From positions 240,001 to 272,000 of the forward strand of contig NZ_CP089976.1 of NCBI RefSeq assembly GCF_022701215.1: DNA of 32,000 nt. The letters run 5' to 3'. The translations under genes and the position numbers were made by a program. This DNA is from Moraxella nasovis (GTDB lineage Bacteria; Pseudomonadota; Gammaproteobacteria; Pseudomonadales; Moraxellaceae). Positions 10,275 to 20,560 of this stretch are shown here, piece by piece. Below the pieces are notes generated by a model. The model saw nothing but the letters and a program-made list of their open reading frames with translations, ran no database searches and had not been told where the DNA came from. The first letter of the stretch is position 1. Every line of letters starts with the position of its first letter.

Positions 10275-10487
10275 TTACTGTGGTGCTTTAGTTGGGCTGC
10301 TGGTTAGTTGGCTTAGTTTTTTGGTAACAATCACCGCAACTGGCAAGCTGATGATCAAACCTACAACAACCGCCGCTAAAATTACCATACTGCTATCATG
10401 ACCTGTCACCACCGCAATGATAATCAAAATGCCCATTGCAACCGTAGAAGCGATAGAAAAAATTGCTGTCAATAGAGGAATATTCAT
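10275..10487 (-). CDS. small membrane protein, two predicted TM helices, unknown function
   Basis: 70 aa: MNIPLLTAIFSIASTVAMGILIIIAVV...VILAAVVVGLIISLPVAVIV, then a polar tail. GGAG SD 8 nt upstream and a terminator downstream. Confidence 0.5.
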   Translation of the reverse strand: MNIPLLTAIFSIASTVAMGILIIIAVVTGHDSSMVILAAVVVGLIISLPVAVIVTKKLSQLTSSPTKAPQ

Positions 10488-10801
10488 CTTAAACTCCGAT
10501 TAAACCAAACCACAATACAAATCAATTTCTTAGAATATAAAACGATACATTTAAGGTACGCCTAAATTTAGCTTTAGTATTAAATGTAGCTTTTATATCT
10601 ACATTTATACACCTTTTTTAACAAAATGTTAAGCGTATTTACAAAAAAATCCTTAAAATTTTTATGGGATTTTTTGATATATTCATCAGCCTTAGCTTTT
10701 TATATTTTAAAGGGTAGAAATCTCGAAAAATGCTTTAATTTGCCCAAGTTTATGCTAAAATTGATTATTAATTTGCCAGTTTCTCACCATTAAGGATTTT
10801 T

Positions 10802-13468
10802 ATGAGTCAGCTTAAAAAAAACCTACAATTACATGAAGTGCGTCAAGCCTTTATCGACTTTTTTGTAAGCAAAAACCACACCCATGTCGCATCATCTAGC
10901 CTTATTCCACATAATGACCCTACGCTGCTTTTTACTAATGCGGGAATGAACCAGTTTAAAGACACATTTTTAGGACTAGAAAAACGCAATTACAACCGTG
11001 CCGTCACTTCCCAAAAATGCGTGCGTGCAGGCGGAAAACACAACGATTTAGACAATGTCGGCTATACCGCTCGCCACCATACTTTTTTTGAAATGCTTGG
11101 CAACTTTAGTTTTGGCGATTATTTTAAAGAAAACGCCATTAAATTTGCGTGGGAGTTTCTAACCGCTGATGACTGGCTTGCCCTGCCTAAAGACCGACTT
11201 TATGTTACTGTATATCATACAGATGATGAGGCGTATGACATCTGGCATAACACCATCGGATTAACACCCGACCGCATTATCCGTATTGGTGATAATAAAG
11301 GCGGACTGTACCAATCAGACAACTTTTGGGCGATGGGCGACACAGGCCCTTGTGGTCCGTGTAGTGAAATCTTTTATGACTACGGTGACAGCATGGAAGG
11401 TGGCTTGCCAGGAACACCAGAAGAAGACGGCGATCGCTATGTAGAAGTATGGAACTGTGTATTTATGCAATTTAACCGTCAAAAAGACGGAACACTAGAG
11501 CCACTGCCAAAACCATCTGTGGATACAGGCATGGGGCTTGAGCGTATCAGCTCTATCATGCAAGGTAAATTTGGCAACTACGAAGTGGATCTTTTTGTAA
11601 AACTCATGGATTTTACCGCCCAAGTGATTGGCGTTGATAGCACATACGAGCCGTCATTTAAAGTAGTTGCTGACCATATCCGAGCTGTCTCATTTCTTAT
11701 TGCTGATGGTGTTCGCCCAAGCAATGAAGGTCGTGGCTATGTACTTCGCCGCATCATTCGCCGAGCTGTTCGTCATGGTAATAAGCTTGGTGCAACAGAA
11801 AACTTCTTTTATAAAATCGTACCAGCCTTGGTGCGTGAAATGGGCGAAGCCTACCCTGAGCTTGTCACAAAGCAAGATGAAATTGCAGCCGTCATTTTAA
11901 AAGAAGAAGAGCAATTTGCCAAAACTCTTGCCCAAGGCTTAAGATTGTTATCAAGCGAGCTTGAAGTGCTAAATGATGGAGATATCTTATCTGGCGAAAC
12001 CGTCTTTAAGCTGTACGACACTTACGGTTTCCCTGTGGATTTAACATCAGACATTGCCCGTGAGCGTGGTATCAGTATTGACGACACAGGCTTTGATGCT
12101 TGTATGCAAGAGCAACGTCAAAGAGCCAGAGATGCTGGCAAGTTTGATTTAGACTACACCGCCGCCATTAAGGTTAATACACCAACTGAATTTACTGGGT
12201 ACAGCCTTTATCATCAACAAAGCAGTATCGTTGGGCTGTACCAAGATGGTAAACAGACAGACTGCCTAAAAGAAGGTGAAGAAGGTGTTATTGTATTATC
12301 CACCACACCATTTTATGCCGAAAGTGGCGGTCAAGTAGGCGAGACAGGTGAAATTAGCACGCAATCAGGTGTGTTTGCCGTCGAAGATACCAAAAAATCT
12401 GGACAAGCTATCATTCATTATGGCACAGTTAAAATGGGTCAAATCACCCCAAACCAAAAAGCCAACGCCTTAGTATCATCAGACGTTCGCCATGCATCTG
12501 CCAAAAACCACTCTGCCACGCACTTACTGCATGCTGCCTTGCGTACTTTGCTTGGCAATGGTGTTACCCAAAAAGGCTCTTTGGTATCAAGCGATGTTCT
12601 ACGTTTTGACTTCTCCCACGATTCTGCCGTCAGCGATGAAGAGTTGGTACAAATTGAACGCATGGTTAACGAACAGATTCAAAAAAACACCCCCGTTCAA
12701 ACCGAACTTTTAGACATTGACACCGCCATGAAAAAAGGAGCGATGGCACTGTTTGGTGAAAAATACGGCGATATAGTGCGTGTACTAACGATGGGCGAGA
12801 AAGAAAATAAAGAAGCTTTCTCTATTGAGCTTTGTGGTGGTATTCATGTACATCATACTGGTGAAATCGGTCTATTTAAGATTGTCAGCGAACAAGGTAT
12901 TTCAGCAGGCGTCCGTCGCATTGAAGCCTTGACAGGCATGGGAGCGTTACGCTATATTCAGCAAGGCAATCAACAGCTAAATATTTTAGCTGATCAATTT
13001 AAGGCGAAACGCCATGAGATTGTCGATCGAGTCTCACAGCTTGCAGATAAGAGCCGCTCATTAGAAAAACAGCTTGAGCGTCTAAACCAGAAAATGGCAA
13101 GTCTACAAGCCCAATCATTAACTGAAAACACTAAGCAAATCAATGGTCAAAAGGTACTTATCGCTACGATAAACGGCTTAGATGGCAAAGCACTGCGCAC
13201 GCTATCAGATGACATGAAATCAAAACTTCATGATGGCATTGTGGTACTGTCAAGCGTGCATGATGATAAAATCGCCATCACTGCAAGCGTCGGTAAAAAC
13301 CTAACGGGCAAAGTAAAAGCAGGCGACATTATCAAGCACACCACTTCACAGCTTGGTGGTAAAGGTGGTGGTAAGCCTGATTTTGCTCAAGGTGGAGCAA
13401 CTGACGTTGAGAAGTTGCCACAAGCCATGAATGCACTTAGTGACTGGCTTGCCGAACAACTGGTCTAA
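10802..13468 (+). CDS. alaS: alanine--tRNA ligase
   Basis: 888 aa with class II core [10 protein letters not shown], editing domain HSATHLLH, and C-terminal [13 protein letters not shown]. Confidence 0.97.
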   Translation: MSQLKKNLQLHEVRQAFIDFFVSKNHTHVASSSLIPHNDPTLLFTNAGMNQFKDTFLGLEKRNYNRAVTSQKCVRAGGKHNDLDNVGYTARHHTFFEMLGNFSFGDYFKENAIKFAWEFLTADDWLALPKDRLYVTVYHTDDEAYDIWHNTIGLTPDRIIRIGDNKGGLYQSDNFWAMGDTGPCGPCSEIFYDYGDSMEGGLPGTPEEDGDRYVEVWNCVFMQFNRQKDGTLEPLPKPSVDTGMGLERISSIMQGKFGNYEVDLFVKLMDFTAQVIGVDSTYEPSFKVVADHIRAVSFLIADGVRPSNEGRGYVLRRIIRRAVRHGNKLGATENFFYKIVPALVREMGEAYPELVTKQDEIAAVILKEEEQFAKTLAQGLRLLSSELEVLNDGDILSGETVFKLYDTYGFPVDLTSDIARERGISIDDTGFDACMQEQRQRARDAGKFDLDYTAAIKVNTPTEFTGYSLYHQQSSIVGLYQDGKQTDCLKEGEEGVIVLSTTPFYAESGGQVGETGEISTQSGVFAVEDTKKSGQAIIHYGTVKMGQITPNQKANALVSSDVRHASAKNHSATHLLHAALRTLLGNGVTQKGSLVSSDVLRFDFSHDSAVSDEELVQIERMVNEQIQKNTPVQTELLDIDTAMKKGAMALFGEKYGDIVRVLTMGEKENKEAFSIELCGGIHVHHTGEIGLFKIVSEQGISAGVRRIEALTGMGALRYIQQGNQQLNILADQFKAKRHEIVDRVSQLADKSRSLEKQLERLNQKMASLQAQSLTENTKQINGQKVLIATINGLDGKALRTLSDDMKSKLHDGIVVLSSVHDDKIAITASVGKNLTGKVKAGDIIKHTTSQLGGKGGGKPDFAQGGATDVEKLPQAMNALSDWLAEQLV

Positions 13469-13473
13469 TTAAT

Positions 13474-13510
13474 AAAAAGGGACAGAAAAAAATTCTTTGT
13501 CCCTTTTTTA
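13474..13510 (+). terminator. rho-independent terminator after alaS
   Basis: GGGACA...TGTCCC stem followed by T6. Confidence 0.8.
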
Positions 13511-13669
13511 TTGCTTATTTTTAAATATTGAGTTTACTGTAAAATATCAATTTGTTAAACCGTTAGTAGCAACAACAGTAACCGTGCAGTTTTTATTACT
13601 AATAGGCACAGCTTAGGATAAGCGAAAAATCAAATTTGGCAGTAGGTCTGTGAAAAAGATTAACTATTC

Positions 13670-14209
13670 TCAAGAATAAGGATTATTAATGCCTAATTTT
13701 GCCAAAATTTCTATCTCAAAGCCTTCCATTTCATCCGCCTGTAAATCTCCAAGCTCATGATCAAAACCAAGCAAATGCAAAATACCATGCACCAATAAAT
13801 GTACCAAGTGATCATAAAATGCCTTGCCCTGTTCGCTTGCTTGTTTTGCCACCACTTCATGGCATAAGACAAGCTCACCTAATGGCAATTGTGGCAATAC
13901 AGCTAAAATCTCACTTGACATTTGGCTTGGATAAGACAAAACGTTCGTTGCATAGTCTTTTTGACGATACTCGCGATTAAGCTCTTGTGCTTCGATGGCA
14001 TCGGCAATGTATACACTCAGCTGTTTTGGCTTACACCAGATATCATCATCAATACCCTCAAAATAAGCAAACTTAAGCCCATTTTGGCGTTTGTACTCCA
14101 TAACGTCTAGCACACACTCAAGCACCTTATCAAGCTTCGCTTGAGTGTATTGTTCCATCACCTCATCAGATAACGCACCAAAATCTAAAGCGAAAGTTGT
14201 AGCCGTCAT
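13670..14209 (-). CDS. ybeY: rRNA maturation endoribonuclease YbeY
   Basis: HGILHLLGFDH zinc motif. The start overlaps the ybeZ stop (ATGA, 14206-14209). Confidence 0.9.
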   Translation of the reverse strand: MTATTFALDFGALSDEVMEQYTQAKLDKVLECVLDVMEYKRQNGLKFAYFEGIDDDIWCKPKQLSVYIADAIEAQELNREYRQKDYATNVLSYPSQMSSEILAVLPQLPLGELVLCHEVVAKQASEQGKAFYDHLVHLLVHGILHLLGFDHELGDLQADEMEGFEIEILAKLGINNPYS

Positions 14210-15261
14210 ACTTCACCTTGATTAATCTGAGCTTGTGCAGCAAGTCTTTCTTGTTTACGTTGCCAAGCTTTTTGCTCTTGCTCATCATCAAACGCATCAT
14301 AGGCTTGGACGATTTTTTGTACCAGATGGTGACGCACTACGTCTTTACTATCAAAACGAGTAATATGAATCTCATCAATTTTAGAAAGAATCTGAATCGC
14401 CTGCGATAGACCCGACTTATGTCCTCGTGGCAAATCCACCTGCGTCATATCGCCAGTAATCACCGCACGAGAACCAAAACCAAGTCGTGTTAAGAACATT
14501 TTCATCTGTTCTGGCGTGGTGTTTTGAGCTTCATCTAAAATGACAAATGAATTATTTAACGTTCGCCCACGCATATAGGCCAATGGAGCTACCTCAATCA
14601 CTTGGCGTTCTAAGAGCTTACCCACTTTCTCAAACCCAAGCATTTCATATAACGCATCATACAGTGGGCGTAAATAAGGGTCAATCTTTTGAGTTAAGTC
14701 GCCCGGCAAAAAGCCAAGCTTCTCGCCAGCTTCCACGGCAGGTCGCACCAATAAGATTCGCTCAATCTCACCTCGCTCCAACATATCAACCGCACAAGCT
14801 ACTGCCAGATAAGTCTTACCAGTACCAGCAGGACCAACACCAAATGACACATCAGACGCTAGGATTTTTTGGACATAACGCTGCTGATTTTGTCCACGGG
14901 GTGTGATTTTACCCTTGCGTGTCTTTAGGCTGACATGAGTATGCGTATCGTGCCTATCGCTACGCTTTTGGACGCCTGCCACTTGCTCACCCTCTGAACG
15001 CTCAGAAAGTGCTGCTTGAATAATTAGGTGCAATGTCTCACCCTCGATATCATCATAAGAAAGCTCTGCAAGCTTAGTTAAAATTACTTTCGCACGCTCG
15101 CAAGCCACTTCATCGCCTGTGATTATAAATTGGTTTTGACGTTGCATGATGTCGATATCAAGACGCTCTTGGAGATACTTTAGATGCTTATTATATTCAC
15201 CTAGTACATTTTTAAGCTGGTCAGTATTAAGATCTAGAGTTAAATTATGTGTTGTAGCCAA
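14206..15261 (-). CDS. ybeZ: PhoH-like ATPase YbeZ
   Basis: Walker A GPAGTGKTYLA and the PhoH signature ILDEAQN. The only start covering the conserved N-terminal domain is TTG at 15261. The next in-frame Met is 38 codons downstream. Confidence 0.88.
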   Translation of the reverse strand: MATTHNLTLDLNTDQLKNVLGEYNKHLKYLQERLDIDIMQRQNQFIITGDEVACERAKVILTKLAELSYDDIEGETLHLIIQAALSERSEGEQVAGVQKRSDRHDTHTHVSLKTRKGKITPRGQNQQRYVQKILASDVSFGVGPAGTGKTYLAVACAVDMLERGEIERILLVRPAVEAGEKLGFLPGDLTQKIDPYLRPLYDALYEMLGFEKVGKLLERQVIEVAPLAYMRGRTLNNSFVILDEAQNTTPEQMKMFLTRLGFGSRAVITGDMTQVDLPRGHKSGLSQAIQILSKIDEIHITRFDSKDVVRHHLVQKIVQAYDAFDDEQEQKAWQRKQERLAAQAQINQGEV

Positions 15262-15340
15262 AACAATACCCTTTAAGTAAAAATTTAATGTACTTTAAAT
15301 AAGGGCAAATTAAAGAATTGCAATAAGCAGGTAGGCATCA

Positions 15341-15375
15341 AAAAAGAAAAAACCCTTCAAAATATGAAGGGTTTT
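15341..15375 (-). terminator. terminator downstream of tRNA-Asn
   Basis: AACCCTTCA (15351-15359) pairs with TGAAGGGTT (15365-15373). A T-rich run follows on the minus strand. Confidence 0.75.
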
Positions 15376-15381
15376 ATAATA

Positions 15382-15457
15382 TGGCTCCCCAACCTGGGCT
15401 CGAACCAGGGACACACGGATTAACAGTCCGATGCTCTACCAACTGAGCTATTGGGGA
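15382..15457 (-). tRNA. tRNA-Asn (anticodon GUU), CCA encoded
   Basis: The reverse complement TCCCCAATAGCTCAGTTGGTAGAGCATCGGACTGTTAATCCGTGTGTCCCTGGTTCGAGCCCAGGTTGGGGAGCCA folds as a 76-nt cloverleaf with a perfect 7-bp acceptor stem, a TTCGAGC T-loop and a CTGTTAA anticodon loop. Confidence 0.95.
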
Positions 15458-15488
15458 AAGTCTAAGCTGTTCGCTTAATATGGTGCGT

Positions 15489-15517
15489 ATTATATTAATG
15501 GCTTGATTAATTGTCAA
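15489..15517 (-). promoter_or_regulatory. consensus sigma70 promoter for tRNA-Asn
   Basis: On the minus strand: TTGACA (15517-15512), 17-nt spacer, TATAAT (15494-15489). An A/T-rich UP-like tract lies upstream and a GC-rich discriminator (ACGCACC) downstream. Confidence 0.7.
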
Positions 15518-15551
15518 GCAAAAAATACTATTTTTTTAAAAAATTTAAAAA

Positions 15552-15744
15552 TAAATACCAAAGCACCGCTACAAAGGGGTTACCATGAACCGTACAGTTC
15601 AAGGCGGGTTATGCCATCACTTATTACGGCTTCCTGATTCATCATAAAGATGCAGGTCTGCACAACAAAGTAATAGTAGCACAACCCTAAGATAAGATTA
15701 TCGGCTCAGGAATACGCTTTGTTGGCGAATGCTCCAGTAGCACC
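15552..15744 (-). ncRNA. ssrS: 6S RNA (ends approximate, +/-10 nt)
   Basis: The minus-strand sequence contains AUUCGCCAAC...UUCCUGAGCCGAUAAUC and GGAAGCCGUAAUAA...CGCCUUGAAC...GGUUCAUGGUAAC. These match the conserved blocks of E. coli 6S (GUUCGCAAGC...CCCUGAGCCGAUAUUUC; GAAGCCUUAAAA...CACCUUGAACC...GGUUCAAGGGUUAC). The 5' UACUGGAGCA..CGC..ACAAAG pairs with the 3' CUUUGU.GCG.UGCUUUGGUA to form the closing stem. Confidence 0.8.
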
Positions 15745-15745
15745 T

Positions 15746-15774
15746 ATTATAATAAATTTATTCTAAAATCTCAA
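15746..15774 (-). promoter_or_regulatory. candidate sigma70 promoter for 6S RNA
   Basis: On the minus strand: TTGAGA (15774-15769), 17-nt spacer, TATAAT (15751-15746), immediately 5' of the predicted closing stem. Confidence 0.6.
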
Positions 15775-15870
15775 GATAAATCACCCAAATTATTTACCCT
15801 AAATGCAACATAAGCGATTGATATTACTAATTAAATGTATCTAAATTAATAATATCAACCACCTATTAAT

Positions 15871-15902
15871 AAAAAAAACCACAACATCGTGTGGTTTTTT
15901 TA
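15871..15902. terminator. bidirectional terminator downstream of rpmG
   Basis: A8-CCACA loop TGTGG-T7. On the minus strand it follows the rpmG stop by about 10 nt. Confidence 0.8.
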
Positions 15903-15911
15903 TTAAACGGA

Positions 15912-16067
15912 TTACTTAATTTTTGCTTCTTTAAACAATACGTGTTGGCGTACTTTTGGGTCAAACTTTTTGATTTCCATTTTGCCAGGCATGGTACGCT
16001 TATTTTTAGTTGTGGTGTAGAAATAACCAGTACCAGCGGTAGAAACGAGTTTAATTTTATCTCTCAT
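15912..16067 (-). CDS. rpmG: 50S ribosomal protein L33
   Basis: Below the ORF-track length cutoff. The reverse complement translates to [51 protein letters not shown] (51 aa). AAGGA SD. Directly downstream of rpmB. Confidence 0.93.
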   Translation of the reverse strand: MRDKIKLVSTAGTGYFYTTTKNKRTMPGKMEIKKFDPKVRQHVLFKEAKIK

Positions 16068-16103
16068 GATGATGTCCTTTAACTTATAAGCCTAACAAAA
16101 CAA

Positions 16104-16340
16104 TTAGATGTTTTGACCTTGTGCACGTAGATCAGCAAGTACTTTGTCGATACCGTGCTTATCAATGATACGCATACCCTTAGATGATACACGAAGGCGA
16201 ACGAAACGGTTCTCAGACTCTACCCAAAAGCGGTGGTTGTGTAGGTTTGGAAGAAAACGGCGACGTGTTTTGTTGTTAGCATGTGATACATTGTTACCCA
16301 CTAGTGGGCGTTTTCCAGTCACTTGACATACTCGAGACAT
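16104..16340 (-). CDS. rpmB: 50S ribosomal protein L28
   Basis: [33 protein letters not shown]... is canonical L28, 78 aa, with a GGAG SD. Confidence 0.95.
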   Translation of the reverse strand: MSRVCQVTGKRPLVGNNVSHANNKTRRRFLPNLHNHRFWVESENRFVRLRVSSKGMRIIDKHGIDKVLADLRAQGQNI

Positions 16341-16522
16341 GGTGAACTCCTAATCTAATATGGCACGGATATTGAGCGGTATCGGTTGTGCCGTTTAATC
16401 AAAGTGCTATTAAATAAGGTATGGACTTAGCATAACTATGATTAAACCATATGGTTAGGCCACTCTTTTTTGACCGTTAAAGGCGACGACAATCAAGAAG
16501 TAGCAGAAAAATTAAAGCCCAT

Positions 16523-16551
16523 ATTTTACTCTATCTGCAATAAATATTCAA
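16523..16551 (-). promoter_or_regulatory. candidate promoter of rpmB-rpmG, implying a leader of about 175 nt
   Basis: On the minus strand: TTGAAT (16551-16546), 17-nt spacer, TAAAAT (16528-16523). I found no better hexamer pair closer to the ATG. Confidence 0.35.
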
Positions 16552-16613
16552 GCAAAAAATTAAAATAGGGGCAGATTTAATAAAAATTAAGTCAGCGGTT
16601 AGGTTGATAATGA

Positions 16614-16958
16614 CTATTTGATACTCAAAGCATTCTTAGGCATTGCAAAGCCACGCCAACCGTAATGCATAAAATTACGAATGTTGGCATGATCTATGCC
16701 ATCTGGCGTAGCTTGTACAGCCTGATAATGCTCAGCAAACAAACTAAGCGTATCTAGCTGGTTTAGACCATGTAGCTTTGCTAAGCCAAATACTTTAGCA
16801 CTACCCTCGTTTACGCCTGGGGCATTCACCACCTCACCATTATGAAAAGCCACTGGTGTATAGTGATAATTGGCATCAATATACGCAAGTACATCAGCAA
16901 AATTTAATGCATTTGACCGAATGCCATGCAGTAAACGTGAAATATCAGTATGATTCAT
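16614..16958 (-). CDS. HopJ type III effector family protein (small conserved protein of unknown function)
   Basis: 114 aa. F.DVLAYID..Y.YTP.AF.NGEVVN..G.NEGS.KVF...KLHGL....TL.LF...Y......P.G.DH.NIRNF...GW.G matches my memory of the HopJ (PF08888) pattern. The start lies 8 nt after the csrA stop. Confidence 0.6.
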   Translation of the reverse strand: MNHTDISRLLHGIRSNALNFADVLAYIDANYHYTPVAFHNGEVVNAPGVNEGSAKVFGLAKLHGLNQLDTLSLFAEHYQAVQATPDGIDHANIRNFMHYGWRGFAMPKNALSIK

Positions 16959-16966
16959 AATCCATC

Positions 16967-17215
16967 CTAGCGGTTGAAATAATCATCATCGTCAAATGAT
17001 GGCGGTGCAAAACCATCCTGCTCAAGATGGCTCATATGCATCTGCATGGAACGTTCGTGCTGAATACGTTGGTAAATCTCTTCACGGTGTACTGCGATGT
17101 CTTTTGGAGCATTCACCCCCAAACGCACTTGGTTACCCTTAACACCAAGCACAGTCACACTGACCTCATCGCCAATCATTAATGTTTCGCCTACACGACG
17201 AGTTAAAATAAGCAT
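16967..17215 (-). CDS. csrA: carbon storage regulator CsrA with an acidic C-terminal extension of about 20 aa
   Basis: [52 protein letters not shown], followed by [38 protein letters not shown]. Confidence 0.95.
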   Translation of the reverse strand: MLILTRRVGETLMIGDEVSVTVLGVKGNQVRLGVNAPKDIAVHREEIYQRIQHERSMQMHMSHLEQDGFAPPSFDDDDYFNR

Positions 17216-17278
17216 AGTAGCTCCTTACTATGAAGAATTTAAAATAACTACATAGAAATTAAAATTACCCAAAGACGC

Positions 17279-17307
17279 ATTATAAAACGTCTTGGGCAGA
17301 ATGTCAG
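17279..17307 (-). promoter_or_regulatory. candidate csrA promoter embedded in an inverted repeat
   Basis: On the minus strand: CTGACA (17307-17302), 17-nt spacer, TATAAT (17284-17279). The -10 element sits in the loop of the hairpin CCCAAGACG/CGTCTTTGGG (17268-17296), which could also act as the lysC terminator. Confidence 0.45.
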
Positions 17308-17375
17308 CAGTTTTTAGTGAATTTAATCAAGCTGTTACAATAAACCAAACAAACTGTTAGGACTTCTAATAAATC

Positions 17376-18662
17376 TTAAAGTCCTGCAACTATACTTTCG
17401 CCGTCTTCACGGTCAAGCCCAAAAGCGGTATGTAGTGCTTTTACTGCTTTATCTAAATGCTGTTCTTGAATTAACACCGATACTTTAATCTCAGAAGTGG
17501 AGATCATCTGTAGGTTAATATGATTACTGGCTAAAGTATCAAACATTTTACTTGCCACACCTGCATGTGAACGCATACCCACGCCAACAATAGATACTTT
17601 GACCACAGTATTATCACCGACAATCTCAGCAGCACCGATATCGTCCTTTACTTTCTCGTTTAGGATTTTTAAGGCTCTATCATAATCACTACGCTGAACT
17701 GTGAAACTAAAATCTGTTACGCCATTTTCTGCGATATTTTGGACAATCATATCCACTTCAATATTAGCAACACTAATCGGGCTTAAAATTGCTGATGCGA
17801 TACCAGGACGGTCAGGCACGCCCAATAGTACGATTTTGGCTTCATCACGATTAAAAGCAATACCTGAGATAACTGCACGTTCCATATCATTTCCTTCGTC
17901 AATTGTGATTAACGTACCTACGTTTTGTTTAAATTCCTCGTCAAACGCCCCATCTGTACCTTCATCAAAGCTAGAAAGCACACGCAGTGGTACACGGTAT
18001 TTACCAGCAAACTCTACTGAACGAATTTGCAACACTTTTGATCCTAAGCTTGCCATTTCAAGCATTTCTTCAAATGTGATTTTTGATAGTTTTTTTGCTT
18101 TTGAGGTTACACGAGGGTCAGTGGTATATACACCATCCACATCGGTGTAGATTTGGCATTCGTCTGCACCAATAGCAGCTGCGATTGCCACGCCTGTGGT
18201 GTCTGAGCCACCGCGACCAAGGGTAGTTAGGTCGTTATGCTCATTCACCCCTTGAAATCCTGCAATAATCAAAACCTTGCCATCAGCAAGCTCACGCTTT
18301 AGATTATCAGCATCGATGTGTTCAATACGGGCTTTAGCATGCGTCGTGTCAGTCTTAATGGTAACCTGACGCCCTGTCATAGACTTAGCTTCTACACCCA
18401 AATCCTTCAACGCCATAGCGAGTAAAGCAATCGAGACCTGCTCACCAGTGGCGACCATTTGATCATATTCTCGTGGATCTGGATCATTACTGATTTCTCG
18501 CGCCAGACCAATCAAACGGTTGGTTTCACCACTCATGGCAGAAACCACCACCACGACTTGATGACCATGATCATGCCAACGCTTAACACGCTTGGCGACA
18601 TTTTTGATACGGCTGGTATTCCCCATAGAAGTACCGCCGTATTTTTGGACGATTAACGCCAT
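17376..18662 (-). CDS. lysC: aspartate kinase
   Basis: MALIVQKYGGTSMG start at ATG 18662 with an AAGGAC SD. The ORF-track TTG at 18692 is unlikely. C-terminal ACT domains. Conserved lysC-csrA linkage. Confidence 0.92.
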   Translation of the reverse strand: MALIVQKYGGTSMGNTSRIKNVAKRVKRWHDHGHQVVVVVSAMSGETNRLIGLAREISNDPDPREYDQMVATGEQVSIALLAMALKDLGVEAKSMTGRQVTIKTDTTHAKARIEHIDADNLKRELADGKVLIIAGFQGVNEHNDLTTLGRGGSDTTGVAIAAAIGADECQIYTDVDGVYTTDPRVTSKAKKLSKITFEEMLEMASLGSKVLQIRSVEFAGKYRVPLRVLSSFDEGTDGAFDEEFKQNVGTLITIDEGNDMERAVISGIAFNRDEAKIVLLGVPDRPGIASAILSPISVANIEVDMIVQNIAENGVTDFSFTVQRSDYDRALKILNEKVKDDIGAAEIVGDNTVVKVSIVGVGMRSHAGVASKMFDTLASNHINLQMISTSEIKVSVLIQEQHLDKAVKALHTAFGLDREDGESIVAGL

Positions 18663-19230
18663 GACTTGTCCTTTTTTGATAAACGGTGTCAATTTTGTAA
18701 TTAATAACGGCTTGATGATTGATAACTAAAATTTATCAATAAATATCAGCTGCGACATTAATTTTTAAAAAGGCTTTTATACCATATTTTAAATGGTTTC
18801 TCAAGATAAAGCTCTCATATATTTAAAGGTAATATTACCCATCCGCTTTTTTGTGTTTATTTGCCTTGATACACCTATTTGTTGCTTAATTTTTTTAAGA
18901 TAGCTTAGGATAGTTCTTAATAGGCAACTTTATAGCTAAGTATCATCAAAGTTTAACTACATTAGCCTTGCTCAACGATGCAAACAAGCTAATAGAGCTT
19001 ACAGGGATGACAATCTTAAGTATACGATATACTGTAAAATACTTTTTTGGCAGGATACTACCATCAAAAGTTGGGAATAATTTTGTCTTATCAGTCTTTT
19101 TTTTAATCAACGTTTTAACAGCCAAAATGTTGAAAATCACGCCCATCAAAAGCCTGATTTTATGACAAAACAAGATGATACAATCAAACTAAATAACCAC
19201 GTTATTACCACCCCAAAACCCACCAAATAA

Positions 19231-19239
19231 TGCTATAAT
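19231..19239 (+). promoter_or_regulatory. extended -10 element (TGCTATAAT) upstream of tgt
   Basis: Exact TGnTATAAT match 28 nt upstream of ATG 19267. No clear -35 element. Confidence 0.35.
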
Positions 19240-19254
19240 TACTCATTTTATTAA

Positions 19255-20424
<1,170 letters not shown>

Positions 20425-20452
20425 TCAATTTTTATAAGTCTTACATATCAAT

Positions 20453-20480
20453 AAAACCACTTGTCACACAAGTGGTTTTA
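20453..20480. terminator. strong hairpin terminator after tgt, possibly bidirectional for the convergent transporter operon
   Basis: AAAACCACTTGT (20453-20464) pairs with ACAAGTGGTTTT (20468-20479), with a 3-nt loop. Confidence 0.8.
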
Positions 20481-20560
20481 AGTGTAAGAATAATTTACCT
20501 TAAATAAAATGTAGTATTTATGCCCACACAGCAAATATCTAGCATAAGCACTTTTAATAC

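Noticed and set aside
18946-19173. ORF-track entries on both strands (75 aa minus, 65 aa plus) in the lysC-tgt gap.
   Set aside because: Both begin at TTG, lack an SD, are Lys/Ile/Leu-rich as expected from AT-rich DNA, and overlap each other. I could not favour either as a gene, so the region is listed under findings as an unresolved gap.
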